This document shows, in pieces, positions 54,886-64,000 of a DNA stretch of 64,000 nucleotides (the stretch's first letter is position 1; the number at the start of each line of letters is the position of its first letter). The notes under the pieces are model-generated. The model had not been told where the DNA came from. It did no database searches and saw only the letters and a program-made list of their open reading frames with translations. Source of the DNA: Octopus vulgaris. Lineage: Eukaryota. The stretch lies in the NCBI GenBank assembly GCA_951406725.2, contig OX597843.1, positions 186,001 through 250,000 on the forward strand. Direction: 5' to 3'. The position numbers and the translations under genes are program-made.

Positions 54886-55737
54886 ATCATCATCATCATC
54901 ATCATCATTTAGCGTCCGTTTTCCATGCTAGCATGGGTTGGACGGTTCTACTGGGGTCTGTGAAGCCAGAAGGCTTCATCAGGCCCAGTCAAATCTGGCA
55001 GTGTTTCTACGGCTGGATGCCCTTCCTAACGCCAACCACTCCGTGAGTGTAGTGGGTGCTTTTTACGTGCCACCCGCACTGGTGCCAGACAGAGCTGGCA
55101 AACGGCCACGAACGGATGGTGCTTTTTATGTGCCACCGGCACGAGGGCCAGGCGAGGCTGGCAATGGACACGAAACGGGGCGGTGCTGGCAACGGTCGCG
55201 AAACGGAAAGTTCTCTTACATGCCACCGGCACTGGTAACACATCTGCAATTTCCATTGATCGATTTCCATTGATCGATTTCGATTCTGATTCTCACTTGC
55301 CTCAACGGGTCTTCACAAGCAGAGTTTTGACATGCCACCGGCACTGGTAGCACATCCGCAATTTCCATTGATCGATTTCGATTCTGATCCTCACTTGCCT
55401 CAACACGTCTTCACAAGTAGAGTTTTGTGTCCCAAGAAGGGAAGGTATGCATACGTAGGCCGGCTCCATCCCATGTAGAAGGCCATGGGTTATGGACTCA
55501 CTTGTCCTGCCGGGTCTTCTCGCGCACAGCACACTTCCAGAGGTCTCGGTCTCTAGTCATTTCCTCAGTGAGACCTAAAGTTCGAAGGTCGTGCTTCACC
55601 ACCTCGTCCCAGGTTTTCCTGGGTCTGCCTCTTCCACAGGTTCCCTCAACTGCTAGGGTGTGGCACTTTTTCACACAACTATCTTCATCCATTCTCGCCA
55701 CATGACCATACCAGCGCAAACGTCTCTCTTGCACACC

Positions 55738-55740
<3 letters not shown>
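54886..55740 (-). mobile_element. RTE LINE 3' end: ORF C-terminus + full 3' UTR + (GAT)n tail
   Basis: RRLRWYGHVARMDED...EGTCGRGRPRKTWDEVVKHDL...DRDLWK, stop at 55498, continuing into the abundant repeat. Confidence 0.88.
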
Positions 55741-55779
<39 letters not shown>

Positions 55780-56045
55780 TGCACATGTAATATGTACACA
55801 TATATATATATACACATATATACATGCATACATGCATACATATATACACCCATATACACATACACACACACACACACACATATACAGAGGTGTAGGTGTG
55901 GCTGTGTGGTAACAGACTTGGTTCCAAAACACATGGTTCTGGGTTCAGTCCCACTGTGTGGTGACTCCACGCGTGTCTTCTGCTATAGCCTCAGACCAAC
56001 CAAAGCCTTGTCATTAGATTTTGCAGACAGAAACTAAAAGAAATC

Positions 56046-56587
56046 GGTTAATATCTAGATCCGCACCCGGTGGGAAAAATGAGATCCGCACCCGGTGGGA
56101 AAATTGGAAACGAAAATGTGTAACAGTTGTAAGGCATCGTATATTGACGGAATAAGACGGGAAAAAAGCGCGCTGACAAACGGGGGGGGGGGGGGCTCGG
56201 GAAATTCCCAGGATCAACCGTAGAGGCAAAAATGGAAAAAAATATGTGTAACAGGTGTTTAAACGCATTTCACACACATAGCCCAATGTCATAATTCAAA
56301 ACTAACGCAGCGAAAATTTTGAAAAGTTCCCCCAGTTCTGAAAAAAAATCGATAAATTCGACATGGGGTCGCGAATCAGAAACACAATGGTGAAAATTGA
56401 TGGTAAATTTTTCTTTAAATCGTAGGCAATTTTCCGAGCCCCCTCCCCCCCCGTTTGTCAGCGCGCTTTTTTTCGTCATATTCCTTCAATATACGATGTC
56501 TTACAACTGTTACACATTTTCGTTTCCATTTTTCCCACCGGGTGCGGATCTCATTTTTCCCACCGGGTGCGGATCTAGATATTAACC
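56046..56587. mobile_element. 542-bp MITE with TIRs of about 160 bp and an 8-bp TSD, Merlin-like, nested in a family A SINE
   Basis: Termini ggttaatatctagatccgcacc / ggtgcggatctagatattaacc; TSD aagaaatc at 56038-56045 and 56588-56595. Confidence 0.85.
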
Positions 56588-57777
56588 AAGAAATCAATCG
56601 TATATATAGATGTATGTATATATGTAAGTGTATGTGAGTGTCTTTGTCTCTTTTTTTTTCCCTCATCACTGCTTCACAACTGCTGTTCGTTTATTTACAT
56701 CCCCATAATTTACTGGTTTGACAAGAAGAAACTGATAGAATAAGTACCAGGCTTATCAGAGTCAAAAAAAAGCACTAGGCAGTGTATCATATTTCTGTTT
56801 GCTCACTCAGTTGTATCTATCAATTTATCTTTGTGTGTGTGTGTGTGCGTGTATAAACTGTCTTCCGTGATGGGGATACATAAAAAGCACCATTCGAGAG
56901 TGATCGTTACCTGCGTTGCCTAAATGGTACTTGTGCTGGTGGTACGTGAAAAAACATTCGAGCAACGCTGTTTCCAGTGCCGCTGTATGTATGTATGTGT
57001 GTATATATGTTTGTGTGTCTGTGTTTGTACCCCCCATCATTGCTCGACAACTGTTGCTGGTATGTTTACGTCCCCGTAACTTAGCGGTTCGGCAAAAAAG
57101 ACCGATAGAATAAGTACTGGGCTTACAAAGAATAAGTCCTGGGGTCGATTTACTCGACTAAAGGTGATACTCCAGTAAAAGAGTAAAAGAGTATATACTC
57201 TTTACTCTTTTACTCTTTTACTTGTTTCAGTCATTTGACTGCTCCCATGCTGGAGCACCGCCTTTAGTCGAGCAAATCGACCCCAGGACTTATTCTTTGT
57301 AAGCCTAGTACTTATTCTTTTGCCGAACCGCTAAGTTACGGGGACATGAACACACCAGCATCGGTTGTCAAGCGATGTTGGGAGGACAAACACAGACACA
57401 CAAACACACACACAAACACACACACATATATATATATATATACATATATGTATATATATATATATACATACATACATATATACAACAGGCTTCTTTTAGT
57501 TTCCGTCTACCAAATCCACTCACAAGGCTTTGGTCGGCCTGAGGCTATAGTAGAAGACATTTGCCCAAGGTGCCATGCAGTGGGACAGAACCCGGAACCA
57601 TGTGGTTGGTAAGCAAGCTACTTACCACACAGCCACTCCTAACCCATGCTAGCATGGGAAGCGGACGTTAAACGATGATGATGAAGAAAATAGAGAAACA
57701 ATTTAGTTGGTTTATCAGCTTTAGGATATTAGAATGTTGTCTTATTTAATTAACAAAGCTACATATATATATATATT

Positions 57778-57817
<40 letters not shown>

Positions 57818-57899
57818 AACATAAGTGCATACATACACATAGGCAAATATATACATATACATACCTTCATATATATATATATATGCACATATATCCACA

Positions 57900-57957
<58 letters not shown>

Positions 57958-59246
57958 CACATAGACACACACATACACACACACACACACAGCTTTGCTA
58001 CTCTCTGAGGTAACAGGAAATAAATAGATTTAAAAATCTAAAATATTTACATTCCAGCATCTCAATTTCATCCCAGAGCATTGCCAGTTCAAATCCCACT
58101 GTTGCTGCATCAACATTTCATCTTCTCCTCCTGGGGCCAATCAATGAATTAATTATATATTGTTATCTCTGTTGTTGTTTGTTTTTTTTTTTTTCTTAGC
58201 CCCAGATCGGTCGAAAATTTTTGTAGAGCTACAATCAAACACATTCCAACGGTGACCACTCAGTCTATTTATTTACTGGATACACCTATGGTATCCATTG
58301 GGGAAACCATGTGGTAAGAAGCTTGCTTCCGAACCACATGGTTCTGGGTTCAATCCCACTGTGTCACACCCTGGGCAAGTGTTTTCTACTATACCTTTGG
58401 GCTGACCAAACCCTTGTGAGTGGATTTGGTAAACGGAAACTGAAAGAAGCCCAACGTGTGTATGTGTGTCTTTGTATTTGTGTTTGTCCCCCACCACTGC
58501 TTGATAACCGGTGTTGGTATGTTTATGTTTCTGTAACTTTGCCGTTCAATAAAAGAGATTCATAGAATATGTACCAGGCTTAATGAAAAGAAAAAAAGTA
58601 CTGGAGTTGATTCAGTCAATCAAATATTCTTCAAGGCAGTGCCCCAGCATGGCCAAAGTTCAATGACTGAAACAAGTAAAAGATAAAAGATATACTGCGA
58701 TTGATTTGCTCTACTAAAAGACTTCAAGGTGGTGCCCCAGCATGGCCACAGTCCAATGACTGAAACAAGTAAAAGATAAAAGATATATACATATACAAAA
58801 AATATATATATATAGATAGATATATTACGCTTTTTTTTCTTTTACTCTTTTACTTGTTTCAGTCATTTGACTGTGGCCATGCTGGAGCAGCACCTTTAGT
58901 TGAACAAATCGACCCCAGGACTTATTCTTTATAAGCCTAGTACTTATTCTATCAGTCTCTTTTGCCAAACCGCTAAGTTATGGGGACGTAAACACACCAG
59001 CATCGGTTGTCAAGAGATGTTGGGGGGACAAACACAAACACACATATTTATACATATATACAATGGGCTTCTTTCAGTTTCCATATACCAAATCCACTCA
59101 TAAGCCTCAGGTCGGGCTGAGGTTAGAGTAGAAGACACTTGCCCAAGGTGCCACGCAGTGGGACTGAACACGGAACCATGTGGTCGGTAAGCAAGCTACT
59201 TACCACACAGCCAAGCCTGTGCCTCTTCATCATCATCATTCTTTAA

Positions 59247-59463
59247 CCCTTTCGTTACTGTATTTATTTTGAGATGTTCTGTGTTTCATTCATTTAATTT
59301 TAAATATAAGAATGTAGTAAAATAACTTCGTTATCATTCAGCTAGTGTTAGGAAGATAAATTCTGACTAAGGTTTAGTGGAAGATTTTAATTCAAAACTT
59401 ATGAAAATAAGACATTTGTACACAGAGCCAGAGCCGGTTTCAGCCAGGTTGGTATCAAAAGGG
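59247..59463. mobile_element. piggyBac-type MITE
   Basis: TTAA|cccttt...aaaggg|TTAA. Confidence 0.8.
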
Positions 59464-59487
59464 TTAAAAATATCATGGTGACTTTAA

Positions 59488-59709
59488 CCCTTTTGTTACC
59501 ATATTTCTGTTGAGATGTTCTGTGTTTCTTTCAATTAATTTTAAATATAACAAAGAATTTAGTAAAATAACTTAGTTATCATTAAGCTAGTGTTAGGATT
59601 ATAAATTGCGACTAAGGTTTGGTGGAAGATTTTAATTCAAAACTTATGAAAACAAGACATTTGTACTACAGAGCCAGAGCCGTATTCAACCAGGTTGGTA
59701 ATGAAAGGG
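59488..59709. mobile_element. piggyBac-type MITE, second tandem copy
   Basis: TTAA|cccttttgttacca...tggtaatgaaaggg|TTAA; similar internal sequence to the first copy. Confidence 0.8.
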
Positions 59710-59859
59710 TTAACTTCCGTCTTCCTCGAAGGTAAGAGCTGAATGGTTTGACAGGATCTGCTGAACAGTGGAGAGCCCCAATGTCTGTTCTTCCCCACTG
59801 GTTTGCAGAGGGTCAGGCCAAAAGGTATGAAGTCAGACCGACTGCTTATTGAGATCTGT

Positions 59860-60268
59860 AGACATAATCTGCTGGCTTCCACTAACAACAACACTGAACA
59901 CCTTTTTGATCTCCATGTGTCCAACACACATGGACATGCCTACAAAGTCAGAAAACAGCACAGCTCCCATGACTTTCGGAAACATTTTTTGACGCTCAGA
60001 GTTGCTGAAGCCTGGAACAAACTGCCTGCGTCAGTTGTTGACTGCCATGACACTGCATCCTTTAAGGCCCTCATGCTTTCCGAAATCCGCCGAAACTACA
60101 CCTGGTTGTCCCTCTTCTATACTCATACACATGTGTGTATGTCATGACTCATGCACTGTTCTTTTCCTGACGCTTGTACATTACCCTATGTACTATACAT
60201 ACACTTTAGATGAGTTGTAGTGCACCTGAGCACTGTACACAATGTTTTATCATTATTATTATTATTAT
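59860..60268 (+). mobile_element. Second CR1-group LINE family, 3' end with (ATT)n tail; related 3' UTR on the minus strand at 63855-64000
   Basis: THGHAYKV...FRKHFLTLRVAEAWNKLP...SFK; shared gtgcacctgagcact terminal motif. Confidence 0.75.
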
Positions 60269-61192
60269 AAAGAGAACCTTCCGTTTCGCGACCGTTGCCA
60301 GCACTGCCCCGTTTCGTGTCCGTTGCCAGCCTCGCCTGGCCCTTGTGCCGGTGGCACATAAAAAGCACCATCCGTTCGTGGCCGTTTGCCAGCTCTGTCT
60401 GGCACCTGTGCGGGTGGCACGTAAAAAGCACCCACTACACTCTTGGAGTGGTTGGCGTTAGGAAGGGCATCCAGCCGTAGAAACACTGCCAGATCAGACT
60501 GGGCCTGGTGCAGCCTTCTGGCTTCACAGACCCCAGTAGAACCGTCCAACCCATGCTAGCATGGAGAACGGACGCTAAACGACGATGATGATGATGATGA
60601 TGATGATGATTATAGTTCAGACAGCATTTTTATACTTTGGGATTTTGAGCCCCACGCTGTGTATCCAAATGCAACTATTGCACACACACACACACACACA
60701 TACACAAACGCGCGCACACACACACACACTCAAATACATGTTCACTCATATACTCACGTGTACGCATTAAATTTTTCTTTTCTGTTTAATTTGAAAGTGA
60801 AAATTTCACAAATTACAACTGATAGTTTCAGGTTTCCGTTTGCCAAGTACGTGTAGGTGTGTATGAGTGTGTGTAAACAGACTCATGCACACACACACAC
60901 ACACACACACGTGTATACGTACATATACACACATCTATGTATATATACATATAACACAAATATATAATATATATATATATATATACACACACATATGTTC
61001 ATGTGTGTGTGTGTATATATATATACATACACACACACATATATACATACACAAACATACATATATGTATATCTATGTACATATGTACATGTATATATAT
61101 ATACACACACAGACACACATGCACACACAGACACACACACACACGTGTATACTTATATATACACACATCTATGTATATATACATATATATAT

Positions 61193-61227
<35 letters not shown>

Positions 61228-62597
61228 TATGTTCATGTGTGTGTGTATATATATACATACACACACACATCTATACATACACAAACATACATATATGTAT
61301 ATCTATGTACATATGTACATGTATATATATATACACACAGACACACATGCACACACAGACACACACACACGTGTATACTTATATATATACACATCTATGC
61401 ATATATGTATATGTGTGTGTGTGTATATACATACACATATATATGCTTAATCATACTCTGTATACATACACGTATATATATAAAAGCATATACATGCATA
61501 TATACACATATGTATTTGTACGGACTTATACATACCTACATATATGTGTATGTGTGTGTGCATACTCATGTGTGTGTGTGTATTCACGTATGTATGTATA
61601 TATATATGCCAACCAAACAGCCGCCATCTTACTCTCATATGACGTCACTAACAAACTCAGACAGATACGATGAACATTCTGTCTTAGATAGAAATCTTTT
61701 GACATAATACTCCACCCACCTTCACTGTGTGTGCCACAACAGGGTACCATTACTACACCGCGCCGTACTACCTCTTGTACCCCCTTCTCAAATCAATCTT
61801 ATACACACACACACATGCTTATTTCTTAGATATTTATATCTAAGGCGCAGGAGTGGCTGTGTGGTAAGTAGCTTGCTTACCAACCACATGGTTCCGGGTT
61901 CAGTCCCACTGCGTGGCACCTTGGGCAAGTGTCTGCTACTATAGCCTCGGGCCGACCAAAGCCTTGTGAGTGGATTTGGTAGACGGAAACTGAAAGAAGC
62001 CCGTCATATATATGTATACATATATAGGTGCAGGAGTGGCTGTGTGGTAAGTAGCTTGCTTACCAACCACATGGTTCCGGGTTCAGTCCCACTGCATGGC
62101 ACCTTGGGCAAGTGTCTACTACTATAGCCTCGGGCCGACCAAAGCCTTGTGAGTGGATTTGGTAGACAGAAGCTGGAAGAAGCCCGTCGTATATATGTAT
62201 ATATGTATGTGCGTGTATGTTTGTGTTTGTCCCCCTAGCATTGCTTGACAACCGATGCTGGTGTGTTTATGTCCCCGTCACTTTGCGGTTCGGCAAAATA
62301 GAGCGATAGAATAAGTACTGGGCTTACAAAGAATAAGTCCCGGGGTCGAGTTGCTCGATTAAAGGCGGTGCTCCAGCATGGTCGCAGTCAAATGACTGAA
62401 ACAAGTAAAAGAGTATATATTAATTTCAAATTTTGAAGCAAGCCCAGCAGTTTTTGGCGTAGGCTCACCAAAAGGATGAAAGGCAAAGTTGACCTCAGAG
62501 GAATTTGAACTCAGAATGTGAAGACATGAAATTTCGTTAAGCATTCTGCCCGGTGAGCGAAAGATTCAGCCAGCTCACCACTTTATATATATATTTA

Positions 62598-62823
62598 TAC
62601 TATGACCTGGGTCATAGTGCTAGTGCATGCATATACAGCTGCATGCGTGCGCACATACACGCGAGTACTGTCCAAATCTCCGACCAATCACATACAGCTA
62701 GCTGGCATTCAGTTGGCGTATCAAGTTTCGGGCATTTTGATTGGGTTTTGGATAGAAAATTCACAAAAAAGTCACTTCTATAGATCTTTTAATGGCTTTG
62801 CGGGGTGACTGTGGAAATGTAAA
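62598..62823 (-). mobile_element. Second partial copy of the 34680 Helitron (3' part)
   Basis: Matches 34686-34905. Confidence 0.75.
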
Positions 62824-62856
62824 CATCTGATAGCCTGGTCGGTCACGGTGATCACG

Positions 62857-62909
<53 letters not shown>

Positions 62910-63502
62910 AAATAAATGTATGGTGGGCTTCTTTCAGTTTCTGGCTACCCCTGCCGGAGCCTCGTGGAGGTTTAGGTGTTTTCGCTCAATAAACACTCAC
63001 AACGCCGGTCTGGGAATCGAAACAGCGATCCTATGACCGCGAGTCCGCTGCCCTAACCACTGGGCCATTGCGCCTCCAACACATGCATATACATATATAT
63101 GTATATGACGGGCTTCTTTCAGTTTCACTCACAAGGCCTTGGTTAGCCCAAGGCTATAGTAGAAGACACTTGCCCAAGGTGTCACGCAGTGGGACTGAAC
63201 CTGGAACAATGTGGCTGGTAAGCAAGCTATTTACCACACAGCCACTCCTGCGCCTATATATACCAGAGTAAGAACATAAATGCGAAACAAGGTGGTAAAT
63301 TAGTACTCGAATGCGAGAGGTAGAGTAATATGCTTAATTAAAAAGTAGCGCAAATATCACAAAATTCGTTACTCAGAATTTCACGTTCCCATTTGTTGGA
63401 CAATTTTGTTTATATATATAATGGAATAATTATAATGAATATATTATGGAATAATTGTCATTAATATATAATGGAATAATTACAATGAAGTATAGTGTAG
63501 AA

Positions 63503-63786
63503 TATATTGTATAAAGGATTGTGGTAAGGCCAGAACATTACGAAGTAAACTCAAGGCAAATCACAAGAAAACAAATATATGAATTACTGTAGACTTACCT
63601 TGCATTCAATATTTCGGGGTTATGATCCCATTTTCAAGAAATTAATGAATGCTGCTGTTGTGCTTGTGTGCGAGCTTGTGTGAATGCAATGTAAGTCTAC
63701 AGTAATTCTTATATTTGTTTTCTTGTGATTTGCTTTGCATTTACTTTGCATTGTTCTGGCCTTACCCATGATCCGTTATGCAATAT
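63503..63786. repeat. Foldback/MITE-like inverted repeat, imperfect arms of about 105 bp
   Basis: gcaaatcacaagaaaacaaatat...actgtagacttac versus gtaagtctacagt...atatttgttttcttgtgatttgc. Confidence 0.8.
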
Positions 63787-63807
63787 ATATGTATGTATGT
63801 ATGTATG

Positions 63808-63847
<40 letters not shown>

Positions 63848-64000
63848 GTAACAATCATATAATAATGAAATTATTGTATATAGTGCTCAGGTGCACCACA
63901 ACTTGTCAAAAGTGCGTATAAAGCATGTGCCTTAATGTACAAATGTCTGGGAAGTGAGAACGGTGTATGAGTCAGATACATGCTTGCGTGTGATTGGAGG

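Overview
Repeat-saturated eukaryotic genomic DNA, most likely from an octopus. That identification is inferred from the dense (TA)n/(CA)n/(GAT)n microsatellites and the SINE/LINE repertoire; the species is not verified. The only convincing host coding sequence is the 3'-terminal exon (TM6-TM7-C-tail) of an adenosine-receptor-like class A GPCR on the minus strand (1760-2134). No TM1-TM5 exons were found, so most of the window is probably intron or intergenic. Nearly all listed ORFs are microsatellite or SINE artefacts. The window also holds several tRNA-derived SINE families, CR1, RTE and CRE-like LINE fragments, a decayed Penelope GIY-YIG fragment, Penelope-type termini with minimal hammerhead ribozymes, Helitron ends, and Merlin-like and piggyBac-like MITEs. 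The most unusual feature is a head-to-tail array of about 3.8 copies of a 187-bp non-coding unit (35664-36373). Its minus strand folds into an HDV-like ribozyme scaffold with a large branched P4 domain and a cUUCGg loop, making it a candidate retrozyme-like self-cleaving or circular RNA element.
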